The notes under the pieces are model-generated. The model saw nothing but the letters and a program-made list of their open reading frames with translations. It did not search any database and was not told the DNA's origin. Positions 36,072 through 49,335 of a stretch of 64,000 nucleotides of DNA are shown here, piece after piece. A program made the translations under genes and the position numbers. This DNA is from Octopus vulgaris (lineage: Eukaryota). The first letter of the stretch is position 1. Every line of letters starts with the position of its first letter. The stretch spans positions 54,560,001-54,624,000 of the forward strand of contig OX597830.1 of the NCBI GenBank assembly GCA_951406725.2, in the 5' to 3' direction.

Positions 36072-36221
36072 TAGGGATAAAACCACTATTAGGCAAATCA
36101 AACAGTGAAAAACATAAACCAATACATAGAAATAAAATTAATATAATATACAAAATATATAAAATATAAAATTCAAAATTTAAATTATATATATATATAA
36201 TATATATATATATATAAACAT

Positions 36222-36285
<64 letters not shown>

Positions 36286-36924
36286 TATATACGCGCGCGC
36301 GCGTGTTTGACTCCCCCCCCCCCCCCGCCATCGTTTGACAACCGATGCTGCTGTACTTTCTCTACATGAAAGTTTCGGCAGCGTTGTTACCCCATAAACA
36401 AAGAATATTTATCCATTTCGAAGATGATTAATATACCTATAATTCATTTCCAGAGAAATCAATTTTCATGACATTTGGAACTCTGTTATATAATCTCAAA
36501 AATATTTACCGAAATATTGAAAAAAACATGATTCACTGAACCGTTTGTTTCCAATGTGATCTAACAAACTATCAAAGAACTGGAACGACGACGGAGCGTT
36601 TCTGTAGACGAAAAGAAAACAAACAAAAAAGCAAACAAAAAACACAAAATAAAAACCTAACACTGTGCTAAAATAAAATCATGTGGAGCGCGAGTGCTGT
36701 GTAAATCGAGGACGGTTGTAATTAGTTTGTTCAGTGGAAATCGAACTTTGGAAGCGTTTTTCATTAGCAAAAAACAAAAGACGGAATAAGTGAATAAAGA
36801 CTACAAAGCGAAGATAAAAATACAAAGAAAGTTCTCTTTTTTTTTTTTTTTACTTGTATTACATTTATTGATGATGTAACTGGTTCTGTGTTTGTTACAA
36901 TAAGTGGTGAGATGTCGTCTGCTG

Positions 36925-37147
36925 GAGGGAGGGAGAGAGGGAGGGAGGAAGAGAGAGAGAGAGGGAGAGGGAGAGAGAGAGAGAGAATGAGGGAGAGAGA
37001 GGGAGAAAGAGAGAGGGGGAGAGAGAGAGAGAGAGAGAGAGAGTGAGAGAGAGAGAGAGTCTTAGCTGGAGGAGAAAGCTGTGCGGATGGCGGAGGGACA
37101 CAAAACAGGAAGCGAAAAGAAAAGACTACAGAATAATAATAATGATG

Positions 37148-37208
<61 letters not shown>

Positions 37209-37726
37209 TGATGATGATGATGATGATGATGATAACTTCGTTTTAATTGAAGTACAAGGCCTGAAATTTGGGTAAGGAGATTAGTCGATACGATCGACCC
37301 AGTACTTGATGAGTACTTTCTTTTATCGACCCCAAACAGATGTAAGGCAAAATTGACCTCGGCGGTATTTGAACTCAGAACTGAAAGAGCGGCCAGAAAC
37401 ATTGCTAAGCACTTTGCCCGACGTTCAAACAGTTTTGCCAGATTTCTTCCTTAACAACAACAACAACAACAGCAGCAGCAGCAGCAGCAGCACTGAAGAT
37501 AAAAAGGAAAGGAAGAAGAGAAGAAATAGATAAATATTATAAGAAATAAAGGATGAGAGAAAGGAAATGAAAAGGGGGGCATACGGGATTAAACAAAGGG
37601 GAAAAGGGGAACAGAAAGAAAAAGAAGGAAATAAATGAATGAAGATAGAAATGAATGAAGACAAAGGCAAAGGAAGAGAAATGAAATAAGGAAATTAATT
37701 TGAAGAAGAAGGAGGAGGAGGAGAAG

Positions 37727-37758
<32 letters not shown>

Positions 37759-37946
37759 GAAGAAGAAGAAGAAGAAGAAGAAGAAGAAGAAGAAGAAGAA
37801 GAAGAAGAAGAAGAAGAAGAAGAAGAAGAAGAAGAAGAAGAATCTACGAAAGGCAATATTGTCGGAATAAGAATGAATAGGGATTATAAAGCAAATGAAA
37901 TTAACGAAAAGAAAAGAGAGGAATGAGAACAGTAAAGGAATAGAAG

Positions 37947-37985
<39 letters not shown>

Positions 37986-38255
37986 AAAGAAGAAAGTGAA
38001 AAGAGAGAAAGAAAGTAAAAGAAAGAGAAACAAAGACAGCAAAATAAAGTCCGTAAAAAAATTGAAAAAAAACTTCAATAAACATGAGGACAAAGAATGA
38101 AAGAAAAAAAATCAGAGAGGGAAGGTAGGCGTAAGAGGAAAGAGACGGGAAGAGAGAGAAAGAGAGAACGGAAGAGAGAGGAAGAAAGAGCAAAAGAGAG
38201 AGAAAGAGAGAACGGAAGAGAGAGAGGAAGAAAGAGCAAAAGAGAGAGAAAAAGA
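36925..38255. repeat. Simple-repeat cluster: (GA)n, (AAT)n, (GAT)n, (CAA/CAG)n, (GAA)n and (GAAA)n, with a family M SINE at about 37245-37440
   Basis: Directly visible; (GAA)n tract at about 37702-37841. Confidence 0.9.
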
Positions 38256-38454
38256 ATATTGGAAAGATGGAGGTAGAAACAGAAAGTGAAAGTAAAGACG
38301 AAATGATGTTTGCTGTTGTTATTGTTGTTGTTGTTGGTGTTGCTAGTGGGGATGATAGCGGCGGGGGTTATAATAGTAGCAGTGGCAGTAGAGGTTGTAG
38401 TAGTGAATAGTAGCTGTTTTATTGCCTGAATAAAGTAAACAAATATTACCATGC

Positions 38455-38984
38455 AAGTAATATAATCTAATTCAACCTCCCATCCATCTTCAATGTGAAA
38501 CTTAATATAGGCAAGAACTTTCTAAGCCCGATTCAGAAACATTTCTCCACAAGACAGAAATATTATAAAGTATGTAGTCGGCTAAAGTTAAAAGTAAGCT
38601 ATAGTTGCTTGACGAATATGAGGAGCATCACCGCAGGTGGTGTGGTGTGCTAAATCATTTAATAAGCCTGGAAAACATTTCTTTTGCCATTTATCTCCCA
38701 AATCCGCCAATTTGGACAACAAAGGACGTAACTGGAATTGTCAGAATAAAGTGCTATGACATTTTGGCAATTTACTCTGTTACTTGTTTCAGTCGTTTGA
38801 CTGCGGCCATAATGGAGCACTGCCTTTAATCGAGCAACTCGACCCGGGACTTATTCTTTTGTAAGCCCAGTACTTATTCTATCGGTCTCTTTTACCGAAC
38901 CGTTAAGTAACGGGGACATAAACACACCAGCATCGGTTGTCAAGCAATGCTAGGGGGACAAACACAGACACACAAACACACACA

Positions 38985-39042
<58 letters not shown>

Positions 39043-39520
39043 TACGACGGGCTTCTTTTCAGTTTCCGTCTACCAAATCCACTCACAAGGCTTTGGTCGG
39101 CCCGAGGCTATAGCAGAAGACACTTGCCGAAGGTGCCACGCAGTGGGACTGAACCCGGAACCATGTGGTTGGTAAACAAGCTACTTACCACACAGCCACT
39201 CCTGCGCCTTTATGAAAATATTTATGAAAATAAAAACAATAATTTTATTGAGATACGGTTTAAGGCCCGAAGATACACAATTCCCCAACTCACATTGTAG
39301 AATGTGGGAGAACATCTTTAAAAGACTGAACTTAAAACCATAAGTTCACATGAAACAAAGCAACACCATCGCATTATCAAGCTCTGTATGGTATTTGAAA
39401 GAACAAAATATTGCAAATGTTAATTTCGCTTAATTCATCCTAAACTTCAGCAACAAAAATTTCCACGAACATTCTTTAGTGAAAAGAAATACTTCGTCAT
39501 AACCAAACGACAACATTTTA
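38455..39520 (+). pseudogene. Penelope-like retroelement remnant (linker and GIY-YIG region), interrupted by a SINE
   Basis: NVKLNIGKNFLSPIQKHFSTRQKYYKVCSRLKLKVSYSCLTNMRSI and SNTIALSSSVWYLKEQNI resemble the PLE patterns NVKTNIG...KVSYSC..N and STELS.YIW.LK...I. Confidence 0.7.
38773..39209 (-). mobile_element. Family C SINE, full length, young-looking
   Basis: Reverse complement of the 3911-4288 type with CpGs retained. Confidence 0.87.
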
Positions 39521-39755
39521 AATACGAAGATATCAAAATTACGAAGACATCAAAATAAATACTAGTTTGGTATTTATTCTTAAAAGAACTATGCAGCCTG
39601 ATTTAATCTAAACACCCGAACACCTGGAAATTTGTAAATTTGTAAAGGACCATTCCGTATGCAAGAGAGACTGAACGTTAGCAAACAGACGAGCCACAAA
39701 AATTGACTGTGAATGGTTCTTGTTCCAGCAGACTGCCCCGTTTGAGCATATATGT

Positions 39756-39837
<82 letters not shown>

Positions 39838-39841
<4 letters not shown>

Positions 39842-41012
39842 AGGGTGTAACAGATAAATTGGGACCATTTAAATATCTTTATTCTAATTAGTATAAATCA
39901 AACACTACACATTTTATGCTTATGCCAATTCATTCTGGAGTGTTTAACCCTTATTTCAGTTCCATGCGACCACCATTTGCTTTCTTTACCAGGTCAATCC
40001 ATTTACGAAATGATACCCTTACCTTAGCCATTTCTTTCTTTTTCGTTTTACCGAACGCTCGCTTGATCGAAGCCTTTAGTGAAGACACACAAAAGTGAGA
40101 AGTTGTGTTGGATATTGCTTCAACTACCTCCCATAGCCAAAAATCACACGGATCCAAATCTGGCGAGCTTGAGGGACAGACATCCTTAGGGACAAACACG
40201 GGAAATTCCTTCTTCAAAATTCTTGCACTGTTTTCGAAGAATGAGCGGATGCGGAGTACTGTACAAACATGACTCGACTTGCATCATAATGCTTCCTAAT
40301 CCAAGGCAACAAACTTCTAAGATTAAGATGCCCTGTTGTGTTGGTTTTGAGACCCACTTTAATAAAATAAGGCGGCATCAGTTTCCCATCACTTGCAACA
40401 GCTCCAAAGATCATAATAGAAGCTTGATTCTTGCTATGCATAACTGAAAGAACTTGGGAAGGGTCGTATGCTACCACTTGTGAGTTTTGATGGTTCTCAA
40501 CTTTGTCTACCATGAACTTCTTTTCATCCACGAAGATGCAGACGTCTCCGCCACGATATTTGAGACGACTAAGAAGTTTGAAAATTCTTTCAGCCCTAAT
40601 GATTTTGGGTTCGATTCAGTCGATCTGCCAAGAAGCTGGGTGTGCGTTTTCGGTCACTGCGAGGACTGTGAGGCTTTCTCTGAAGATCCCGATTTTTCTT
40701 CAAACTGGCTACAACCATAAAAAACGGTAGATTTGACATACTTTGTGGCTCTAACAAAGTCCCCAGCACTTTTGCCGGCGCGGAAAAATTCTGAAATCGG
40801 GTCCGATTTCATATTTACATATTTTCTACGTTATCTCGACAACCGGCTATAGTTATTTGAAGGACACTGCTCTAAAACGTCCAAGTTCCATTAGAAAGTG
40901 AAAATAGTTTCTCACTTTCAATTTGAACCAAAATTACAAGTTGTGGCATCACGAGAGTAACAATGTGTAGAATAATGAAAGTAATGCTTCTCTGGGATTA
41001 GTCACACCTGTA
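39838..41012 (-). mobile_element. Decayed Tc1/mariner DD37D (maT-like) transposon
   Basis: MKSDPISEFFRAGKS start near 40810; DEKKF, MIFGAVASDG, FVQYSASAH and PSSSPDLDPCDFWLW motifs; frameshifted. Confidence 0.8.
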
Positions 41013-41031
41013 CTATGATATAGAAATCTGC

Positions 41032-41107
<76 letters not shown>

Positions 41108-41122
41108 ATATATATATATATA

Positions 41123-41801
41123 TCGGGTCATCCCATAAATAAATCGTTTTTTTCAATTGCATGAACTAAAAGTCGAAGGGGGACGGGATAAACTACCTGC
41201 ATCAACTTGCTAGAAAAGTAGGTAATGATTTTACCATGTCCTTATTCTTAGTGCAAGTTTTGAAGAGTGCAGTTCGATTTTAACAGTTATTTTTTCAAAG
41301 CTATAATGGAAGTGACAAAGGAATATATTCGGCATATTTTGCTTTATGAATTCTATAAAGACAACAGTGCAACGGAAAGTGAAAAGAATATTAATGGAGT
41401 ATATGGGGATCGGACAATAAGCGTAAGCCAGTGTCAACTGTAGTTCCAGAAATTCCAAGCCGGAAACTACAGCCTAGAAGACGAGTCTCATCCTAGAAGA
41501 TCTGTAGAGCTCGACGAGGACATCCTTCAAATCCTGGTGGAACAAAATCCTATTGTAACTGCTGAGGAACAAGCAGAGAAGTTTGGATTTGGTCGTTCAA
41601 CCAGTCATTTAAGTCAGCGCTAGAAGAAAAACTACCATCTTTGGTTTCAAGACGAAAAGTGTTCTTCCTCCAGGATAATGCTCGGCCACATACAACGAGA
41701 ATGACATTCCAAAAGCTGGAGAAGTTTGAATGGGAAACGATGCACTACCCACCAAAATAAATGACGTGTAAAAAAATTGCATTATTTATGGGAAGACCCA
41801 A
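41123..41801 (+). mobile_element. Internally deleted mariner element
   Basis: TIRs TA|TCGGGTCATCCCATAAATA and TATTTATGGGAAGACCCAA|TA; MEVTKEYIRHILLYEF, LEDESH and LQDNARPH remnants. Confidence 0.85.
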
Positions 41802-42699
41802 TATAAAGGTTACCAAATAAACTATGTTTTTAGTACAAGTACTAAAATAACCTCGGAAACGAGGTGGGGTCGCACAATTTTGAGGTTATTTTCGGGCAAT
41901 ATTTCGATTTACTTCTAATATTTCACTTTCGTACGATGTTTCACGCATGCGTTGAATTCTACTCAGACAAATATTTATGAAAATGTACACATAAATATTG
42001 TATCAAAATAAGCCACAACCAAAAATATTTCATTATAAGACACCCATTCTATATGTGTTATGAGGAAATGCAATCATTCACTCTCTCTCACATACATACG
42101 CACATGTATATGAAACATAATGTGCATGTGTGTGTATTTGTGTGTCTGTGAGAGAAAGAGAGAAATAGGGAGATAGAAGGGGAGAGAGGGGGAGAGAGAG
42201 GGAGAGAGAGAGGGGGGAGAGAGAGGGAGAGAGAGGGAGAGAGAGAGCGAGTGCCACTTACACATGCATACAAAAAATACAGAATGACAACACACACCTT
42301 CACTCTCATGCACTCGCACACTCGCACGCGCGCACACACACGTCCAATTTTATATACACGTACGTGCATCTTTCATTTTCTTTTCTCACTTCAAAGTAAA
42401 TGTCACCTTTTCACTTTCTCTTCTCTGCTCTCTTCAAAACATAAAGAAATTAAAAAAATTACGGAAATTAACGAACAATCACATGATCCCATATGATCGA
42501 CCGTAAGATCGAGTTGACAACTTTGCTGCTTCAAACCAAAGAATGCCATAAAATAACTTCCTTTGGGACGCACATGCTTACACACACACACACACACACT
42601 AGGTAAAGCTTCTGTACGAATTATGTTATCTCTTGCTGTGTGCGCGCGCAAAATTACAGCTCAAATCCAATTGAAATGCCTTTTTTTCCATTCTGTAAT

Positions 42700-43313
42700 T
42701 TGTATTTGCGATGGGCATATTTAAAAACCTGATCTTCGATATAAACTTCAATCCAGAAAGTAATCGCTTGTCGTATAGAATCCATCATTTTGTCATATTT
42801 TACATCTTATGCGGCACCCGTTTTCCGAGCTTTTCTTTTTAACTTTCCCAGTATGGTGCTAATGTCAAACAACTGTTAGATGGTCTACATTTTGTTCTAC
42901 TTGTTTTACAGGGATCCACTTCAATAATGGTCTTTAATTGGTCTTTATCAATCGTAGAAAGCTGCTCACATCATTGCTCATCTTCACTACAAAATTTTTG
43001 GAATTATATTGAGCTGTACTTTCATCGTTGCTCGTCTGACCCAAAGCTTGGTCGACATTGCAAACAATTTTCGCTTCTTTACATTCCATTTTGAATTCAT
43101 ACAAAAAATCCCCCGATTTTGCTTCCCACCACCCATCTTTAAATTAAATATTGAAAGCTAAAGTGTTATCATAAATTATATAAATTTATAGACTAAACTA
43201 TTCGGTTAAAAATGGTAAATTATGTGAACACGGTTAAATAAAATTTTGTTCCAAAATAAACATGTAAATTTAAAATAAGAAAAAACTGCAAATACTTTTT
43301 CGCCAACTTCATA
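42700..43313 (-). mobile_element. Decayed mariner (Hsmar1/cecropia-like) 5' half
   Basis: TIR tatgaagttggcgaaaaagtatttgcagttttt; LYEFKMECKEAKIVCNVDQALG...IDKDQLKTIIEVDPCKT. Confidence 0.75.
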
Positions 43314-43522
43314 TGTTCGTACACACACACACGCACACGCACAAACATTCACACACACATATATAAGCATAAAACATTCATTCATACATACATACATACA
43401 TACATACATACATACATACATACATACATACATACATACATTACACACACATATATATATATACATACATACACACTCACGCATGCACGCACAACACACA
43501 CAAAAGCACACACGCATGTTGT

Positions 43523-43608
43523 AACTCCTGAGGAGAAGATTGCATTGTTTATACCATTTTTTTCTTTTGAATAGTATCAGTGGAATTTTCGAAACATGTG
43601 TCGAAAGT
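43523..43608 (+). ncRNA. Type I hammerhead ribozyme motif with an intact catalytic core
   Basis: CTGAGGA at 43528-43534, long stem II (GAAGATTgCATTG...CAGTGgAATTTTC), GAAA at 43591-43594, stem III AC-ATGT-GT, GTC cleavage triplet at 43600-43602; stem I is weak. Confidence 0.65.
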
Positions 43609-44379
43609 AAAAATATTTGATTACACCTGCGTTAAACTCCATTTATTTATTCATATATATATATATATGTATATATATATACACGCACAAACATTCACGC
43701 ACATATATGTAAGCATAAACATTCATTCACATACATACACACTAACGCATCACACGCACAACCCACACACAAACACACACGTGTATGTATGTATGTATGT
43801 ATGTTTATGAATCGTCTTGGTTTGATCTAGAAGATGGCGTTGTTCCATTGCCTTCCTCGGACCTCCGAGATTAGTTCTTGTCTGCTGTCGTTGCAGCTAT
43901 TGCAGTTATTTTAACTATCACTGTTGGTACTGTTGTTGCAGCTAATGCAGATATTACTGCTAATAAAATTGTTGTTACTCTTTTACTCTTTTACTTGTTT
44001 CAGTCATTTGACTGCGGCCATGCTGGAGCACCGCCTTTAGTCGAGCAAATCGACCCCGGGACTTATTCTTTGTAAGCCCAGTACTTATTCTATCGGTCTC
44101 TTTTGCCGAACCGCTAAGTTGTTGTTGCAGTTAGTGTAACTGTTTGTGACAATACAAGTTTTTGTTGTCGCAGAAGTGCAGTTGACACTAGCTTGTTGCT
44201 GTTGTTACAGCAACTGCAGTAAATGCAGCTGTTGCTCTTTGTAGTGTTACTCAAGTCACTGCAGCTAATGCAACTGTTGCATGTAGTTATATTTATTGTG
44301 AGCATTGTGGATCGACTGAAGTTGTTACTCCTGGAACTCTAGTTGCAGCAATAGTTGATGTTGCACCTGGTACAAATAA

Positions 44380-45700
44380 TACTTTTGCTGCCGTTGAGGT
44401 TGAGGTTATGCAGTTGTTGTTGTCGCTGTGGTAGTTGTTGTTTGACTTAATGCAGTTAGTGCATCTTGTGTCACTGTTATAGTTTAGAGTGATGTTGTTG
44501 CAGCTATTGCCGTTATTGCACCTGGTACAGCAGGAAGTTAACGTTGTTGTTGAGATTGTGGAGTTAGTGCAGTTCTGGCCGCTGATGTTGTTGTAATTTC
44601 ACCAATTGCAGCTAGTGCATGTTGCGTCACAGCTACAGTCTATAATGTTGTTGTTATTGTTGCTGTTGTAGCTACTGCAGTCTGTTGCACCTGGTGCAGC
44701 TGAAATTTGTTGTTACTGTTGAGATTGTGGAGTTAGTGCAGTTCTGGCCGCTGATGTTGTTGTAATTTCACCAATTGCAGCTAGTGCATGTTGCGTCACA
44801 GCTACAGTCTATAATGTTGTTGTTATTGTTGCTGTTGTAGCTACTGCAGTCTGTTACACCTGGTGCAGCTGAAAATTGTTGTTACTTTTGAGATTGTGGA
44901 GTTAATGCAGTTCTGGTCGCTGATGTTGTTGTTGTAATTTCACCAATTGCAGTTAGTGCATGTTGTGTCACAGCTACAGTCTATAATGCTGTTATTGTTG
45001 CTGTTGTAGATACTGCAGTCTGTTGTACCTATTGGTGCAGCTAAAAATCTTTGTTGCTGCTGAGATTGTGGTGTTACTGCATTTGTGACTGTCGACGTTG
45101 CTGTTGTTCTTTGACTAATTGCAGTTAGTGCATGTTATGTCACTGTTGCAGTTTATAGTGTTGTTGTTGTTGCCGTTATTGCACATGATGCAGCTGGAAG
45201 TTTAACATTGTCGTTGAGATTGTGGATTTAGTGCAGCTGCATTTGTGACTGTCGACGTTGCTGTTGTTCTTTGACTAATTGCAGTTAGTGCATGTTATGT
45301 CACTGTTGCAGTTTATAGTGTTGTTGTTGTTGCCGTTATTGCACATGATGCAGCTGGAAGTTTAACATTGTCGTTGAGATTGTGGATTTAGTGCAGCTGT
45401 TGCTGCTGATGCTGTGGTTGTTTCACTTACTGCAGTTAGTGCACGCTGTGTCACTGTTATAGTTTTTATAGTGTTGTTGTTGTTGTTGTTGCAGCTAGTG
45501 CCTTTATTGCACCTGGTGCAGCCGGAAATTGTTGTTGTCGTTGTTGAGGTTGTGGAATTAGTGTGACTGCTGATGTTGTTGTTGCAGTTTCCCCTATTGC
45601 AATTTGTGCATGTTGTGTCGCTGTTACAGCTTTTAGTGTCGTTGCTATTATTGCTGTTACAACCACTCTTGTTACTCCATCTTGTGTCTCTGCCAATAGC
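44380..45700. repeat. Minisatellite of about 8 units (150-172 bp) built from degenerate GTT/GCT triplets
   Basis: Anchor tgagattgtgg at 44551, 44720, 44889, 45061, 45215 and 45375; exact 160-bp duplication at 45078-45237 and 45238-45397. Confidence 0.88.
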
Positions 45701-46204
45701 GCTGTTGTTGTGACTGCGCAGCAATTTATGCACCTATTATTGCTGGTATTGACGTTGTTTCTACAGGTACTGCACTTGGTGTAGATATTGCACTCTGTAG
45801 TGTTGTTGCTGGTGCAACTATTGAAGTTAGTTCAACTGGTAATGATGCAGCTGTTACTGCGGCCATTGCAGCAAATGCTGCCGGTGTTGTTGCTGTTGTT
45901 GTTGTTATTATTGCTGAGATTGTGCAGATATTGCGGTTTTTAACACTGCTGCCGTTGTTGCAAACTACGGCACATAAGGCAATTGGGCATAAAGTGTTGT
46001 TGCTGCCGCTGCAGCTGCTGCAGCAAATGCAATTGGTATCGCTGGTGCTGCTGCTGCTGTTGTTGTTTCTAACATTGCTGTTATTGTTGTTGATGTTGTT
46101 GTTGTTGTTGTTGTTCTTGCTGCTGCTGCTGCTGCAACTGCTGCTGTAGTTGCTGCAGCGACTGCAGTTAAGGAAGCTGGTACTATTGCTGGTCTTGTTC
46201 TTGT

Positions 46205-46400
46205 CACTCTTATTGTTGTTGTTGCTGTGCTTGTTGTGGTTTTGGCTGTTGTTGTTGTTGTTGCTGTGTTTGTTGTTGTGGCTGTTGTTGTTGTTGTTGC
46301 TGTGCTTGCTGTTGTTGTGGCTGTTGTTGTTGTTGTTGTGTTGTTGTTGCTGTGCTTGTTGTTGTGGCTGTTGTTGTTGTTGTTGCTGTTGTTGTTGTTG

Positions 46401-46434
<34 letters not shown>

Positions 46435-46990
46435 GCTGTGCTTGTTGTTGTTGTGGCTGTTGTTGTTGTTGTTGTTGCTGTGCTTGTGGTTGTGGTTGTT
46501 GTTGTTGTTGTTGTTGCTGCTGTGCTGTGCTTGTTGTGGTTGTGGCTGTTGTTGTTGTTGTTGCTGTGCTTGTTGTTGTGGTTGTGGCTGTTGTTGTTGC
46601 TATTGTTGTTTCTGTGCTTGTTGTTGTGGCTGTAGTTGTTGTTGTTGTTGTTGCTGTGCTTGTTGTCGTTGTGGCTGTTGTTGTTGTTGCTGTGCTTGTT
46701 GTTGTTGTGGCTGTTGTTGTTGTTGTTGCTGTGCTTGTTGTGGTTGTGGCTGTTGTTGTTGTTGTTGTTGTGCTTGTTGTGGTTTTGGCAGTTGTTGTTG
46801 CTGTGCTTGTGGTTGTGGTTGTGGCTGTTGTTGTTGTTGTTGCTGTGCTTGTTGTTGTGGTTGTGGCTGTTGTTGTTGTTGTTGTTGTGCTGTTGTTGTT
46901 GTTGTTGTTGTTGCTGTGCTTGTTGTGGTTGTGGCTGTTGTTGTTGTTATTGTTGTTGCTGTGCTTGTTGTGGTTGTGGCTGTAGTTGTC
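46205..46990. repeat. (GTT)n-based minisatellite, unit gctgtgcttgttgttgtggct(gtt)n
   Basis: Roughly 20 variable-length units. Confidence 0.9.
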
Positions 46991-47359
46991 GACATCAATA
47001 TTGACTCAGTCACTTCTAATGCTATTCCAGCTATTATTATGCTATTATTGTTGTTGTCGTTGTTATTGTTGTTGTTGTTGTTATTGATATTGTTGTTGTT
47101 GTTACTGCTGCTGCTGTTGCATTGTGCAATGTGCAGTGCAACAAAGAAGAGGAAATTGGCAAGTTGTGCAGTGTAGCAGCATAATTGCAGATAATTGTCT
47201 GTTAGTTGTTTTTATATATATTTGTATGTGTATATATATGCATATGTGTCAGTGTTTGAATGTTCGCATGTGTGTGTGTATAGATATATGCATAACCATT
47301 TGCGTGTATATGTGTATGTATGTATATGTGTATACATGTATATATGCATGTGTTTATAA

Positions 47360-47390
<31 letters not shown>

Positions 47391-47679
47391 CTTATATAGA
47401 TACATATATATACATATATATATACTTATATTTATATATATATATATACATATACATACATGCACACACATATACAATATATATACACATACATATGTAT
47501 GCATATACACCCACACTAACCACTTACATGCGCTTAAGTATCTATAAACATATATATCTGCGTATGACGTATGTGCATATGTATATGTGTGTATGTATGT
47601 ATGTATGGTTATATATATATATACATACATAATATATATGTGTATGTATGCGCCTGTGTATACATGCATGTATCTATAT

Positions 47680-47714
<35 letters not shown>

Positions 47715-48229
47715 CATATATATATGTATATATATACATATATATACATGCGCATACACTCATATATATATATATAAAATATATAGATAGATGTGTGTAT
47801 ATACACACACACATATATACACACACATACATAGATACATGCAAACATACATATGTTATTATGCACATATACCCTCTTTAACCACTTACATATGTTTAAG
47901 TATCTATCATACACACACACACACACACACACATCTTTGCCCTCTCTTTCTCGCACTAATGTTTTCACTCCACCCCTCTCTTTCATTTTATTCTACTCTC
48001 CTCACACTTTCTCCTTTCTGTCTCACATTTTCTTTATCATTCTTTTCTCTCACGCTCATTATTTCTCCCACCCCATCTCTCTTTCCCTCTCTCATCTGCT
48101 CTTTCTTTCACTCTGAAATTACTCCTTCCTGCTCACTGTTTCACATTTCTCTTCTCGCTCATATCCTCCTTATTCTCTTCCTCATTTTACCACAAACCAT
48201 TCCGCGGCCACTGAAGTACCAGAGGTGAG

Positions 48230-49100
48230 CTATTCCGCTACCGAGTGAACATATGATGTTCGTAGATAACTTCGTAGTCATTTAACCACCGGCATGTAAC
48301 TTACTCTGCTGCTGAGGTTCACAGATAACTTTGTAGACTCTTTAAGTACCAGCAGCAGATAAGCTGCTCCACTAATGTGTGAACACATGGAGTTCATGGA
48401 TAATTCCGTAAATTCTTAATCACCACCATATTATAATAGTTATTCTTCGGATCTTTTCGGTTTGAACGGCAGTTTTTTCTAGCGGTGTCATGAAAATGTC
48501 ACCCATAATTATGACCCTAGCATTTCTATCTGTTTTAGGGTTAGGGTGGGGGGAAGAGTATCTTTTTTTCTTCACAGATGTAAATAAACCCAATCTCTTT
48601 CTTAAGCGAGGGACATATTTTTATGTTTTTTACATCAATAGACATCAGTGATTGGTTGAAATTGCAGAAATTGAAGAAAAAAAACAACAAATATCTTACA
48701 AACAATAGAATTTTCTCAATAAAGCCAAGAGAAAAAAGATATTTTATAAACACATTCTACCAGTATACGAAGTTTAAAATTTTTTAGTTACCTAGAAATT
48801 ATGTTAGAAACTGCCGTTCAAACCGAAAAGATCCCATGAAGTTCATAGATAATTTCGTAAATTCTTAATCACCACCAGATTAGTTATTCTTCTAATGTAT
48901 AAACACATGAGGTTCATAAATAATTTTGTAGATTCTTAACCACCAGCAGAAAAAAAAACAAAAAAAACTATTCCAATACTGAGTGAACACATGAAGTTCA
49001 TAAATATTTTCGGAGCCATTTTAATTACTTGGAGATAATCTATTCTACATCTGATGTTCAAAGATGATTTCGTAGTCTCTTAATGATGATTTCGTAGCTA
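48230..49100. repeat. Degenerate tandem repeat of about 70 bp (gtgaacacatgaagttcatagataatttcgta...), interrupted by a MITE
   Basis: About seven recognisable units. Confidence 0.75.
48449..48834. mobile_element. Second copy of the GGATCTTTTCGG MITE
   Basis: Near-identical to 25930-26349; TIRs intact; no 8-bp TSD. Confidence 0.88.
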
Positions 49101-49335
49101 GAGTGTGTGTCACCCGGGGCGGCCCTTCTGTTTGCCGTCCCGAGACTCCACAAAAAGCACATATTGTCTACTGGAGATTCAAAAGTGGTGTTCCTTTAAA
49201 AGTGCCACCCGGGGCGGACCGCACCCCTCCTCAACCTACGCTAGTGGACCAAATAAACCATCGACGAATGACTAACAAACATATTCTTGTGTCACATTTG
49301 CATTTGACGCTTATGATACGATTTAGCCACGAGCA

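Noticed and set aside
48245-48321. C/D snoRNA-like arrangement (GTGAAC-atgatgt...ctga-GTTCAC)
   Set aside because: The C box is imperfect, I recognise no rRNA guide, and the stem arises from the palindromic motif of the surrounding tandem repeat.
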